Assembly: GCA_036172245.1 (NCBI GenBank)
Contig: JAYWIR010000130.1
Span: 1 to 64,000, forward strand
Source of the DNA: Raillietiella orientalis
Taxonomy: Eukaryota
DNA: 64,000 bases
Direction of reading: 5' to 3'
The first letter of the stretch is position 1; each line of letters opens with the position of its first letter. The notes beneath the pieces were generated by a model. That model ran no database searches. It was given only the letters and a program-made list of their open reading frames with translations, and had not been told where the DNA came from. A program made the translations under genes and the position numbers. This document shows, piece after piece, positions 37,561-50,200 of this stretch.

Positions 37561-40500
37561 GTTATCACCCGGGTACGCCCGGGGCGTTTATTTATAAACT
37601 CTACGTGCGTGGTAAAAGGACCCACCACGGCCGTAAACACAGTACCTGTCGGGACACCGAGACGCAGCCCGGAGTGGCACTAACCGACAGCGAAAAAGAA
37701 TGAGGGAAAAATAAGAATAAAAATAAAGAAATAAACAAACAAAAAGAGTTTGGAGGGCAGGGTAGGGAACACTGGACGCTGTGAGGAGGGCCCATCTGTC
37801 GAAGGAAGCCCTCGTGGTCTCTCCGCATATTTACCAGATGGGGCCATCGAGCAGCTATTCGCAACAAGCGTACTGCATACTAGATAACTTCCCTCTCGTT
37901 CTCGTCCACAGCTTCGATGCTGGCGTCGCTCCAGGCCACCATGATGCCTCGGACGCAACACAGGGCTGCGAGGGCTGCTGCTGGCTGCAGGGCGTCCCGC
38001 AAGAAGAGAAGCCGGAGAACGTCTCTGGGTGCACTGTCCGTAGGGAGCTCGAGGGTCGTCCCTAACCGTTCCAAAAAGGATCGAAGGGCAGCAGCAGCAC
38101 AATCCTCAATAAGCTGGGGAAGCGAATCCCGCTCCTTGCAACTGGCACACGAAGAACCCACAGCTCCCCTCGTCCAGTGGAAGCGGCGTTCGTTGCAGGG
38201 TAGACCCCAGTGCAACAGAAGCAACGCCGACTCTTGCCATTTCAGGGGCAGGATCCTGGATTTCTTCATGACTGGGGGCCACTTTAGCTCATCCCTGGGG
38301 ATAGGTAGCAGCTTGCCCCATCTTGCTAATCCTCGGGGCTGGACGCTCGAGGTCAAGGCGTCGGCCAGTTCTCCTGTTTTCCAGCCACTTATCAACTTCT
38401 CTCGTCCCTTGATGAGGCAGGAGAATTGCCACCTTGGCGTCCGGCCGCTGTGAAGTGTCCTCCTCAGGAAGGGCAGCGCGGTAGCTAGGCAGGTGGTCTC
38501 TGGCAACGTGGATCTTGCTGGACTCTCAAGGAGATTCCGCAGCGTGCGGCGGGCGTAGGAGCTGCATCGGAGACGATTCCACGTCTCGTCGCTCCGCTCG
38601 TTTACCACTGCCCACGTTCCGATGTTCTCCTTAAGCCAGGCGGAAGAGTTGGAGGGGCAGCAAACCATCCAGCAGTTGTTCATGGCCAGGGATGTCATGC
38701 GCCCGAGCAGTAGGCGGCATCTTTGGATCTTCCGGCCGCGGCACATAAGAAAAGATGCGAGTCCATCACACCGGGACACACGGCTGGCAAAGAGGCGAGC
38801 CGGAATGCACAAAGGAATGCTCCACATCTTCGCTGCGATGGCGAGGGAACGCCATGGCAGCTGGATTTATACGCGCTTCAGCGTCAGGAGGCCAAGAACG
38901 CCGTCCCGATGCGAAGCGCTTTAAGTCCTTCAGAGGGACTCGGGGTGTCCCCTTGCCCCAAAAAGCGACACGTAGGAGGTCCTTTGTCCTCTTTTTGCAT
39001 TCTCTGGGGGCGGGGCAAACAAAAAGCAAGGAACGGAAAATGGGGGTTGCAAAAGCATTCCAACCGCAGCCCGTTCTGGCAAGTGAAACTTGCCTTCGGG
39101 GAACGGGCCGCTCGCCGTCTCGACTTTTTAAAGGCAGCTAAACCACGCTTGCGCAGGGGAGTAGTCCCCCAACGGCACACCAAGGTACTTGAAGTAGCTC
39201 GCAATGGGGATCCCCAGACGGACCTAGTCCTGCTGACATGCTCACGCCGCACCTATTGGCACCACCGACGACTTCGCCCGGTTAACCTGCCGTCCGGTCC
39301 ATCGGCTGAGCAGATCGAAGAACTCTCCGGCCGCCTTTGCAGGGGTGGACATTTGTAACAAGAGCAGCAGACCGTCGGCGTACGCTGCTACGGCGGGCGT
39401 GCCGGGGCACGAGCTCGGCAAGCGGGCCAAAGTCACCCTGTACGCTCTCAGCACCAACTCAAAGTAGGTGCTGAAGAGCAGAAGGCTGAGGCTATCGCCC
39501 TGCCTTATGCCCCGCCGCACCGGCACGCCATACACCTTTTGACCGCTGAAAGAGACGGTAATCATCGCATTCCGCAAGCAAGAGCGCAGGTAGGAATTCA
39601 GAGAGGGTGGGAAGTCCATGCGACCCAGGAGCTCCAAGAGGAGTTCCTGGTCTACACAGTCGAACGGCTTGTGGAGATCGACTGCGAGCGTTAGGGCCCC
39701 CTTCGCCGCCCAAGGGACCCTTCTCAGCCCGGCTGGCGGCCCTTATGTTGTATTGCCGATTTTTCCTCTCTTTTTCTTCTGTCTGCTCTGCAGGTGCACC
39801 CATGTGCTTGCGAAGAACAGGTTGGCATCCATACTTCGCCCGGGAACAGCATAAGTCTGCTCTGGGCTAATTACGGATTCTGCCACATGCCCCAGTCGCC
39901 AAGCCCATAGCCCTGCTATTAACTCAGCGTCCGTATTCACAATCATGATCGGACGCCAGTTCTTTAAATCTCTGAGGTCTCCCCTGTTTCGGTAGGAGCC
40001 TCACCCTGGCTGACCGAAACGAGGCGGAAACATCGCCTTCCTCTTGGATCAGCTTTATCAACTCTAGCAACAGGGGTGCGAGCTTTTCCGCAAAGCTATA
40101 AAAGAACTCCGCCTGCAGGCCTTCTTCCCCTGGAGCTTTACGCCTCTTGAGCCTTTTGATATTGGCGAGAATTTCGATGGTGGTAAGAGGCTCGTCAAGG
40201 CTTCTCATCTCCTGCTCCCCTATTGCCGGGGCGCTATCCGGAAGCAGACGCCGAAGGGCGTCTCAATGCGGATGCTCCCTGGAGTAAAAAGAGGAAGAAA
40301 AACTCCGCACGAGATGTCGTACCGACGCCGGGGACGAACATTCCCTGTCCTGGTCGTCCAGCAAACTGGCCGACGCGGATTGCCAGGCTTGGCGTTCGGA
40401 CCCAGAGCGCTACTCGGCCAGGCGACCGACATTAGGGGTTCTCTCGTACCTACGGGCCTGTAAATAGGCCCGATTGCTGCGAGGACCCTCGTCGAATCCG

Positions 40501-41764
40501 AAGGGCTGGAGGTACAAGGGGAACTGCTCGCAGAACTCCCGGACCGAGGCCTCAAAAAAGTCCCAATCTGGAAGAGTCTGGAGCGTGAAGCCTCTCAGGA
40601 ATTTTCGAAGGTGTTCCTTCGCACCAGAGGGACGCGTTTAGTTTCCCGTCAGACGCCACTCCCTGGATGGCGCCTCCTTGTCGCAAGGCCTTATCTTGAA
40701 GATTTACCGGGAATGGTCCGACAGCGTGGACGCAATCCTCCCCCTTGTGCCGATCCGTGAACACAGGTCAGCATCGAAGAAGACGTGGTCGTTGCTGCGG
40801 AACATTATCCTCTCATCCGCAAACAAGTTGCGCGCACGCATGGCGGCGCAAAACTCGTTCATCGCGTTCTCTTGTGGTTCAGGCTCACCTGTTAGCAGAT
40901 GGAGATTGAAATCTCCCGCTATCAGGTAAGCCTTTCGCACGTTAGCGTTCTCCAGCGATTCGTGCTTCAGGGATTCCAGCAACCTGGTGCGGTCGCTGTA
41001 TCCCTGTTTTCCGCTGGGGGCGTACACATTCGTGACTATCAGATCGATCGAGTCTCACCAGCTGAGAATCAGCTGACCGACTCGGCCGTCGTCATCGAAG
41101 CGCACGCTCTTCACGGCAGCCCCTACCCTTTCCCCAAATTCGACTGCCATAGCGCGTGTACTTCGCCGAATTTACTAAGCTGATCACCAACTGCAGACCG
41201 CGTCATGCGGCTGGAGATGCCAGTGAGATGGACCACCACGGAGCGTTCCATCGTGACCAGCAGGATCTTGCGCCCGTCCACGTTCACCGCGGTAGTGATA
41301 AGGCTTTGCGCCATGGTGATATCCTTACAGACATCCTCGACGCGCTTACCCCCGCTGAGCACGGATAGGCTGTCAATATTTTTCTCTAATACGTTGGCGT
41401 TCTGCAGCGGCTTAGAAAAAGCGCGTGCAATTCGCTCGTCAAAGAGTTTGCCTACCTGGTAGACTAAGCTGGGCTTGTACGCAGCTGCCCGGTAGGCTGC
41501 CATCCCGGCCATGGCTTCCGAGCTAGGCGCGGCCATCATGGCGCTCCAGCTCCACGCCTTGGGCGGCGACGGCGATTCCGGTTCGGACGCCCCTGATTCT
41601 GAAGGCTGTAAGGGTGGGCATGCCTCTTCCGCACCTACCTCCATCGTGGTGTCCTCAGGCATCGCTTCCGTCGGACACAAAGGATGTTCCACACAAAACA
41701 CCACAAAAAAAAACGCTTCCTGTCGACTCACTCCAGAGCGAGGAAAACACACGTCCGCTATATA
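37561..41764 (-). mobile_element. Element N: both ends present, internal deletion near 41125; nested antisense in M
   Basis: 5' GGACGTG 41750-41756, ORF1 ATG 41662; GDFN, QGDSLS, YADG; 3' AATAAA plus CCCGGG-CGTA-CCCGGG; flanks CGGATTTAAG and CGGATTTTAAG. Confidence 0.92.
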
Positions 41765-44070
41765 CGGATTTTAAGAAGAAGCTCTCAACCATACGGACTC
41801 TTTACAGGCCCGCCGGTACGAGAGAACCCCCAACGTTTGTCGCCTGGCAGAATACCGAGCCAAGGCCGAGCGCCAGGCCTGGCAATCCGGATTGGCCAGG
41901 TTGCTGGACGACCAGGGTCGGAAGCGCGCGGCCCCACACGTGATCAGGCACCTCGTTCGGCGATTGCATTCCTCTCTCTAAGCCAGGGCACCCCTACAGA
42001 GGGATGTCTCGCTGCTCCTGCTTCCGGAGGGAGCCTTGGCATAAGGAAAGGAAGAGATGATTAGCCTCGACGAGCCTCTTACTTCCGGCGAACTTCTAAC
42101 CGGTATTAAAAGGCTCAAGAGTCGTAAGGCGCCGTGGGAGGACGGCCTACCCGCGGAGTGTTTCCAATGCTACGCGACAGAGCTTGCCCCCCTGGTGCTT
42201 CAGTTGACCGGGCTGATCCGCGACGAAGGCAACGTTCCCGCGTCGATTCGGTCAGACCGACTGATGCCTCTCCCAAAGGGAAGAGACCTGAGACAACGCA
42301 GCAATTTCGTCCGAAGACAATTGTGAATACGGACGCCAAGCTCATTGCTGGGCTGTGGGCTTCGGGTTTAGGACAGGTGGCCGACTCCATAATTAGCCCG
42401 GAAAAGACTTATGCTGTTCCTGCGGGAATTCTGGATGCAAACCTGTTCTTCGCGAGCACATGATTTCATGTGCAGCGTTCTCCGAACGAAACTGGAGCCA
42501 AGATTGGCAACCCAGCTTTAGGGCCTCCAGCCGGGCTGGGAATGGATACCGGGGATGGGAAGGGCGCCCTAGCGATCGCGATCGTTCTGCATAAGGCGTT
42601 CGACTGCGTGGACCAGGAGCTACTGCTGGAGCTCTTGGGTCCAATGGGCTTCTCACCCTCCCTTCTCTCCTACCTGCGCTCCTGCTGGCGCAGCTCCATT
42701 CTTAATATAAGTTTTTCAGGTCAACAGGTATATGGCGTTCCGGTGCGGCGGGGAATACGGCAGTGCGATATCCTCAGTCCTCTTCTCTTTAGCATCTACT
42801 TTGATTTGGTGCTAAGAGCGTACAGAGCAACCTTGGCTGCCTTGCCAAGCTCGGGCCCGGCACGCCCGCCGTTGCAGCATACGCCGACGATTTTCTGCTG
42901 GTGTTCCCCATGTGCGGCCCGGCAGCCGCACTCGAGGACTTCGTCCACCTGCTAGGCCGTGGGACTGGATTGCGGGTGAACAAGGTGAAGTCGTCGGTGG
43001 TACCGGTGGTGGCGACGTGGGCAGGACGGCCTAACTGGATCCGCTTGTCGATCCACGCGGTCAGGTGCCTGAAGTACCTGGGTGTCCCGTTGGAAGACTT
43101 TTGCCTCGCAGAATCCTAGGGAGGTCGCCTCCAAAAGGTGCATTTGCAATGGGCCCGTTCTTGGAAGGAAAGTTCCTTCTACCGGAACGGGCCGCGGTGT
43201 GGAATGCGTTCGCAACTCCCATCCTCCGCCCCCTGGTTTTTGTTTCCCCAGTCTTCCGTGAGTTGAATAAGAGGACTACAGACCTTCTCCGCATAGCCCT
43301 CTGAGGCAGCGGAAGGCCACGTGTGTCTCTAAAGGACTTATGCGCTCAGCGTCGGGACGCGGTCTTGGCCTCCTGACGCTTGACTGCCTGGACATAAAGC
43401 TGCGTTGGCGCACCCTGGCCATCAGAGATAAGCAATGGAGCACCCCATGTTGCATTCCGGCACGCCTTCTCGACAGCAGTGTGTCCCGGTGCTAGGGACT
43501 CGCGTCTTTTCCTCTGTGCCCCTGCCGGAAGATCCGAAGATGCGGCCTACTACACATGCGCATGGCAACTCTAGCCATGGAGAACCGCTGGCTGGTTTGC
43601 AGCCCTGCCAACTCCACCGCTTGGCTGGAGGATAACATCTACAGCTGGGCTGTGGTAAGCCGGAGAAGCCACGAAACGTGGAATCGCCTGCGATGCCGCC
43701 CATACTCCCGCTGCGTGCAGCGGGATCTCTTGGAGAGTCCCGCTACAAGCACGTGGGCCGAGACAACCTGGCTTCCTACGGCGATGCTTTTCCTAAGGGG
43801 GGCGTTTCACAGCAGCCGTACATCAAGGTATCAAGTCTCCTGCTGCTTCGAGGGAAGGGATAAGATGAGCGGCTGGACCATGGGTCAACTAGCGGAAGCC
43901 ACGACTCCGATCGTCCAGCTGCGTGGAATCATGTTATGGAGCGAGTTGCTCGCCATCCCCAGGGATGAGCTCAAGTGACCCCCTGTCATGAAGGAATCGA
44001 GGATCCTGCCCCTCATGTGGGAAGAGTCGGCGTTCTCCATTTGCACTTGGGTCCACACTGCAACGCACAA
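41765..44070 (+). mobile_element. Element M, continuation: RT and C-terminal region, 3' end lost
   Basis: LQARRYERTP...AERQAWQSG, LHKAFD, GIRQCDILSP, YADD, KYLGV. Confidence 0.88.
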
Positions 44071-44243
44071 GTCCAATTGACCTCAACGTACTGTCCACCG
44101 CTCCTGATGCTCATCGCCAAGAGCTTCTCCTGGGGTACTTTAAGGGAGTGCATCGCTTTCGAGAAAGGGCGTGCACTCTCCAAGGAGTAAAGGTTGCCTA
44201 CCTTGTAGAGAAGAGCGGGATTGTACCCCTCCTCCAGGTAGGC
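44071..44243 (-). mobile_element. Fragment O: short ORF1 piece of the E family
   Basis: AYLEEGYNPALLYKVGNLYSLESARPFSKAMHSLKVP, nearly identical to 15820-15980. Confidence 0.8.
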
Positions 44244-44843
44244 ACAAGGCAGCCATGTGCGAGTGAACAAGAGATTTGCTTCCATGGACCGCCCAGGAAC
44301 AGCGTAAGTCTGCTCTGGACTTACCAAGGATTCCGCGATCCTACCCATCCGCGCCAACCAAAGTTTCGAGAACAACTTGACGTCCGAATTCACTCATGTG
44401 ATCCGACGCCATTTGTTCAGTTGGCGGAAATCTCCGCCTTTCAGCAGTAGACGCACCTTCGCTAAGCGAAACGAGGCGGGGACATCGCCAGAGTCTCGCA
44501 TCAGTGACGAGAGTTGTAGCACAAGGAGGATGAGCTCCGCCGCTGAACACTGGAAGTATTCCGCAAGGAACCATTCTTCGCCTGGCGCTTTTCGTCTCTT
44601 GAGCCCCGAGATGGCCGAGGAAATTTCCTCTGCCGTCAAGGGCTCATCAAGACGCGCGCGTTTTTCCTCGTTTACAACAGGTGCATCAATCGGCAGAAGC
44701 AGCCGGAAAAGGCTGCGTTCCGTCGGTGCCTCTGCATACAGATAAGAGTAATAGCGCCTGACTATCCGTCGCACGTCAGCTGGAGCCAAACATTCCCGGT
44801 CCTGGTCGTCGAGCAGAACTGTCGCACCTGACTGCCAGACCTG
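44244..44843 (-). mobile_element. Fragment P: ORF2 linker and RT N-terminus (L/U-like)
   Basis: QVWQSGATVLLDDQDRECLAPADVRR...KAPGEE...NSDVKL...PGRSMEANL. Confidence 0.85.
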
Positions 44844-44851
44844 ACTGCCAG

Positions 44852-45510
44852 CGCTGAACTCCAAAAATTCGCTGGCGTTTTCGCGATGTTGGGAGAGCCC
44901 AACACCATCGGAGTGAACGGTGAGTTCAGTAAGCGAATAGGCGCGCGCGTGACGCTTAGAGAAAGCGTACAGCTTCCCCACAAGCTCCAAATTGGCGACG
45001 AGTTCGTCGACATTTGGTTTGTGGGGAAACCTAAATTTTGTGGAAACTGTAAGTCGTTCGGGCATTTGAAAAAGCGGTGCCCGGACGCGGTTTGCCAAAC
45101 ATGCGGCGCGAAGGGCCACATCAAAGTGGTGTGCCCGATGAACGTCGCTCCAACGCCGGAACTTCCGCAAAAGAAGGAAGGGAAGGCAAAAATAGTGATA
45201 AACCCCACAAAAGGGGATCAGCTGTCGGCTCCGACAAAAGTCGCGCAGCAGGAAACGGACTCGGTACAGGAGCTCCCGGAAAAGACCGTCGACGAGGAAG
45301 GCTGGCAGCTGGTCACCCGTAAAGTAAAAATCGTCAAAAAAACCGCGCCCGCACCGGCGAAAGTGGTGAAGGGCAAGGGGAAGGTCGCGCCACGCTCAAC
45401 AATCAAAGCGTGCAGCGTGGCCATCAAACGCGTGCCGGCGATCGATACTCGCTCCGCTGAGGGATCGATGCGTTGTGACGTCATGCCAGCTGTTCAACCC
45501 GCCGCCTGAG
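44852..45510 (+). mobile_element. Fragment Q: ORF1 middle, same family as V; host of the R array
   Basis: CGNCKSFGHLKKRC, CQTCGAKGHIKVVC, CSVAIKRVP. Confidence 0.85.
45495..45505 (+). repeat. Target-site duplication CAACCCGCCGC (also 51089-51099 and 51619-51629)
   Basis: Exact 11-mer at three R-family junctions; extends to CAACCCGCCGCCTGAG before R1 and R3. Confidence 0.88.
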
Positions 45511-45515
45511 AGGGT

Positions 45516-45522
45516 GGACGTG
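45516..45522 (+). promoter_or_regulatory. GGACGTG 5'-terminal motif, DPE-like (representative copy)
   Basis: Exact or degenerate copy within ~10 nt of all ten retained 5' ends; resembles the internal-promoter DPE of jockey-type LINEs. Confidence 0.5.
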
Positions 45523-45597
45523 CTTTTGTGGTGCTCCGCGTTTTTCTCGCGAGTGTTTTCGGTGTTTTCAGCTGTGAGCGGTTGTTCCTGGGCAGAG

Positions 45598-47266
45598 ATG
45601 CCCGAGGACGCCGCAAAGACGGCGGAGGGGGGCGAGCGAGCCTCGTCCCCCCAGCCCCTGGATGTGGGGGCCATCTCCCCCACGGAATCGTCCCCCGCCC
45701 CGGCGAGGGCTTGGAGCGCGGTGGTGGCGGCGCCTGCGCCGCCCCCCGCAGAGGAACAGCGGGCCTATATGGCCGACGGCTACAACCCGGCCCTACTTTA
45801 CAAGGTAGGTGGTCTGTACTCCCCCGCGGTGTTACGATCGTTCGCCGCGGAGTTTAAAAAGTTGAAAGTCCCGGAGGACGAAGTCCTCGGGCTTTCGGTT
45901 AGGAGTGGCGGGCAGCTGGTTGAGCTGAACTGCAAATCTGCAGGGATGGCTCAGCAGCTGCTCCGCCTGCCGGTGACCGTGAACGGTAGAAGGATCTTCC
46001 CGTTCACGGCGGACAACTCCATCGTGGTGCATTTGACCGGCATAACGATGCGCATGGCAAAGAGCGCCGTGCGAGAATCGTTAGAGAAGTTCGGGACCGT
46101 TCACGCGTTGTGGGCAAAACCCAATGTCCTGGGTTACACCAGGGCATTTAGTGATTACGCCGCTGCGCGCGTGACGGTACGTGCCGAGGGTGGGCTACCC
46201 CACAGACTGCAGGTCGGGGAGGAGGAGATCGACCTGTGGTATGTGGGGAAACCCGTATACTGCGGCTTTTGCCAGGTGTCGGGGCATTTAAAAAAGAAAT
46301 GCCCCAACATCGTGTGCTTGGGCTGTGGGGAGAAGGGGCACATCAGGCGGATGTGCCCCAACCGAAAAAGGTCCGTTCCGTCAGGCGCGAGAAAGGATGA
46401 GACGCCGAAGGAAAAGGACCGAAGCCAACAACTGGCAGAATCCCGCCCTGCCGACCAACCCGCTGCTCAGCCATCCTCCAGCGAACAACCAGATGGAGGA
46501 AGCGCCGAGAACGAGAAAGGTTGGCAAAAAGTAGAAAAGGAAGAAGCCCCAGAAGAAGGAGGCAAAAAAGATAAACAAGGCGGCGCCGAAAAAGCAGAAA
46601 CCGGTCGTCCGCGCTTGTACGGTGAAGATCGAACGCGTCTCGATCGCCAGAGCCGTAAAGAAAGTAACGGTAAAGGCGATCGATGCCGTCGATCCTGAGC
46701 CGGTCGTGCCCGCAGTGACGTCACCATCAGCTGACGACAATGCCGTTCCGGCATTGCCAGCGAAGGACGTCTGCGCGCCGATCGATGAAGCCGCCCCTGT
46801 CGCGCCTACGCAAAGCGTCGGTGCGGAAAGCGAGGAGGCGGCGCGCATAACGGACGCGACCTTCGCGCAGGCCGCGGAAGAGCTGGCAGCCATGTTACGG
46901 CAGCCTGCCAAGGCCGAGAAGAAGGCCTTGAGACGACCGGCAACGGTGAAGGGCCCGGAAAATTCCGAGTCCGAAACCGAAGCCGGTTGTTCTACTTCCG
47001 CAGCCGTGCCGAAGAGGAAGGCTGGCAAGAAGACCGGTTGCCCGAGACGGGTCGCCCCTCCGCAGGTGGAGGAGGCCATGTCCTCGGGCACGGAGGAGGA
47101 GGCAATGTGCGTCGCGCCACGCGACCCCTCCCCGATCCGTGTCTCGGAAGCCAGCCCCATGGAAGTCGCTGTGGACGACGTGCTCCCGTGTGAGCAGCCG
47201 ACCGTCGTCACGGCCGCCAACAAGCCGCCTCCCGCAAGGGAGGAGGCCGCCTCCACCCCACAATAA
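45598..47266 (+). pseudogene. R1 ORF1 (gag-like, two CCHC knuckles; +1 A frameshift near 46535)
   Basis: CGFCQVSGHLKKKC, CLGCGEKGHIRRMC; R3 reads through the same point (gtagaaaggaag versus gtagaaaaggaag). Confidence 0.9.
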
Positions 47267-47274
47267 ACGCATCA

Positions 47275-50200
47275 GTGCGTGGGCTCGCCTTCTGCCGCCG
47301 CTTGCGCATCACCTGTTGGAATGTCAACGGGTTGCGCGACGGCGGAAAGAGGCGAGATGTAGCCGCCAGACTGCGAGACTTCGACCTGGTGCTCCTGCAA
47401 GAGACGCACGTTCTCCGACCGGGAGATGTCCAGGAAATCGAAAGAATCGCGGGAGGGCGGCTACTGTGGAGGAACGGAACGGACAAATCCTGCGGAGTGG
47501 CCTTTCTGCTAAAGCCAACCGTCGACAACTCACTGCGCAGTGCACGGTTCGACGGGGATGGTCGAGTTGGGCAGCTTGTGTTCAAGTGGTCCGACTCGAT
47601 CGACCTCGTAGTCACGAACCTGTACGCTCCGGTGAGCAGCCACAGGGCCGAGGAACTCACTGCGTTCTTCGAAACCTTGCGGCGAGACTGGTTGGCCGAA
47701 GCAGGCGTGCGAAGGGCGCACCTCATTGCGGGCGATTTCAATCTCCGCCTGCTGGCAGGTGCGCCCAGCGGACGAGCACAGCTGGTCAACGAGTTGTGCG
47801 CAGCCATGCATGCGCGCAACTTGTTGGCCGGCGATGTCGGGAGAGATCGGAACATCGACCACATGTTCCTCGACAACCACCTGTGCACGCGGGTGGGAAC
47901 TCGAGGAACGCTCCCGGCAGAGCTGTCCGACCATCCCCGGCTCGTGCTCGAGTTACATCCGCGCAATAAGGGCCCTCCCCTGAAAACATGGCGCCTGCCA
48001 GGGGATTGGTTGCGCCTCGCAGGAGCGGCGGAACATCTACGCTGTTTCCTGCGAGGATTCCAGCTTCAGACGCTCGCGGACTGGGACGAAATGAAGTGCT
48101 CAGTCCGTGAGTTTTGCGACCAGGTTCCGCTGGAACGTCTTCCGCCGGGCTTCGGTGAGGGTGTCAGGAACGAGCGGGCGTACCTCCAGGCGCGCCGTTA
48201 TTCCCGGCGTCCCGACGTCCGTCGCCTGGCTGAATTCAAGGCTGAGGCGGAAAGGCAGGCCTGGCAGTCAGGCTCGGCCTGCCTGCTGGATCATCAGGGC
48301 CAAGAACGCTCCAGCCTAGCCCAGGTAAGCCGCATCGTGCGGGAGTTTTATTCCTCCTTGTACGCGCCACTAACACCTGAGCGCCATTTTGCGCAGCGCC
48401 TGCTGCCGGATGGCGCTCCCGCGCTCAAGGAGGAGGACCGTTCCAGATTGGCGGAACCGTTCACGATGGCGGAGATCATCTCCGCCATCAACAGGCTAAA
48501 GAGAAGGAAGGCACCAGGGGAGGACGGCCTGCCCGCGGAGTTTTACCATCGCTTCGCGCCAGAGCTGGCCCCCCTGGTGCTCAGGTTAAGTACGCTGATC
48601 CGCGAACACGGCGAAGTTCCCGCCTCGTTCCGGTCAGCTAAAGTACGTCTCCTGCCGAAGTCAGGAGACTTACGCAACATTGGCAACTGGCGTCCCATCA
48701 CAGTAGTGAATGCGGACGCAAAGTTGTATGCCAAGGTGTGGGCTGAGCGTTTGGGGCGGGTGGCCGCTTCCGTGGTGAGTCCCGAGCAGACCTATGCTGT
48801 TCCCGGACGAACCATGGAGGCCAACCTGCTCCTCTCCAGCTCATGGTGGCAGTTGCGACAACGCGTTGCACAGGACGGTCAAGGGAGCCTCGCGCCCCCC
48901 TCTGACCAAGAAGATCGGGCAGAGGGTGGGATGGACTCGGCGGGAGCCTTTGCCGTCGCGGTCGATTTGCACAAAGCATTCGACTGCGTCGACCAGGATC
49001 TCCGTCTGGAGCTCCTGGAACGCATGGGTTTCCCTGCCGTGCTCCAGTCCTACCTGCGCTGCTGCTGGCGCAACGCGTCAATAAATATTGGTTTTAGCGG
49101 CCGGCACGTGTACGGTGTGCCAGTGCGCCGCGGCATCCGGCAGGGTGACAGCCTGAGCCCCTTGCTCTTCAGCATCTACTTCGAGTTGGTGCTGAGGGCA
49201 TACAGAGTAACTCTGGCAACCCTGCCGAGCTCGTGTGCCGGCACGCCTGCCGTGTCGGCCTATGCAGACGATCTTCTGCTGCTGCTTCCCGGGTCCACCC
49301 CGGCGAGTGCACTCGAGGACTTCTTCGAGTTGCTGCGCCGCGGGACGGGCCTGGAGGTGAACAGGGCGAAGTCGTCCATGGTCTTCGTCGGTTCGGCGTG
49401 GGCTGGACGGTCGGACTGGATCCGCTTGGGGATCCCCACGGGCAGGTGCTTCAAGTACCTCGGTGTACCGTTGGGGGACTTCTGCGCAGCAGAAGCCTGG
49501 TCCGACCGTCTCCAAAAGGCAGCGTTGGCGATCGGTCCGTTCCAAGAAGGCAAGTTCTTCTTGCAGGAACGGGCCGCGGTGTGGAACGCGTTTGCGGCTC
49601 CCCTCCTTCGCCCCCTACTTTTTGTTTGCCCCGCCCCTTATTTTATTCGAAAACGAGCAGCGGGCCTCCTGAGGACAGTCCTTGGGGGCAAAGGGAGGTC
49701 CCGTGTGAGGCTCAAAGACTTGTGCGCTCCACGTAAGGACGGTGGACTTGGCTTACTTACGCTGGAGCGCATCGAAATACAACTTCGATTCAGGACTCTC
49801 GCCCTTGCGGCAGAATTGTGGGACACGCCTTGGTGCGTTCCAGCACGCCTCCTGTCCCAACGAGCCTGCGGAATCGGCGGACTTTTGTCGTTTCTGTCTG
49901 CGCGCGTCTGCAGAAGACCATACTGTGGCTCTATGCTGCGACGCATCTTTGTTGCGGTTCGGGAGAACGCCTGGATCTCCTGCCTCCCAGGGAACTACTC
50001 CGCCTGGTTGCACGAGTCAGTCTCCACCTGGTTAAGATCCACGTTCCGGCGGGCACAAGGAACACTTGTATGAAAAGGCACGCCCGCTGGACGCTGCAGG
50101 AGATCGTGCAGTCCCACGACAAGCTTCTGTGGGCCTTGATAACCCCCCTCGCCCCAGTGCTGCCCTTCCTTGTGAATGCCAGGGACAGTAGCGAGCAGGG

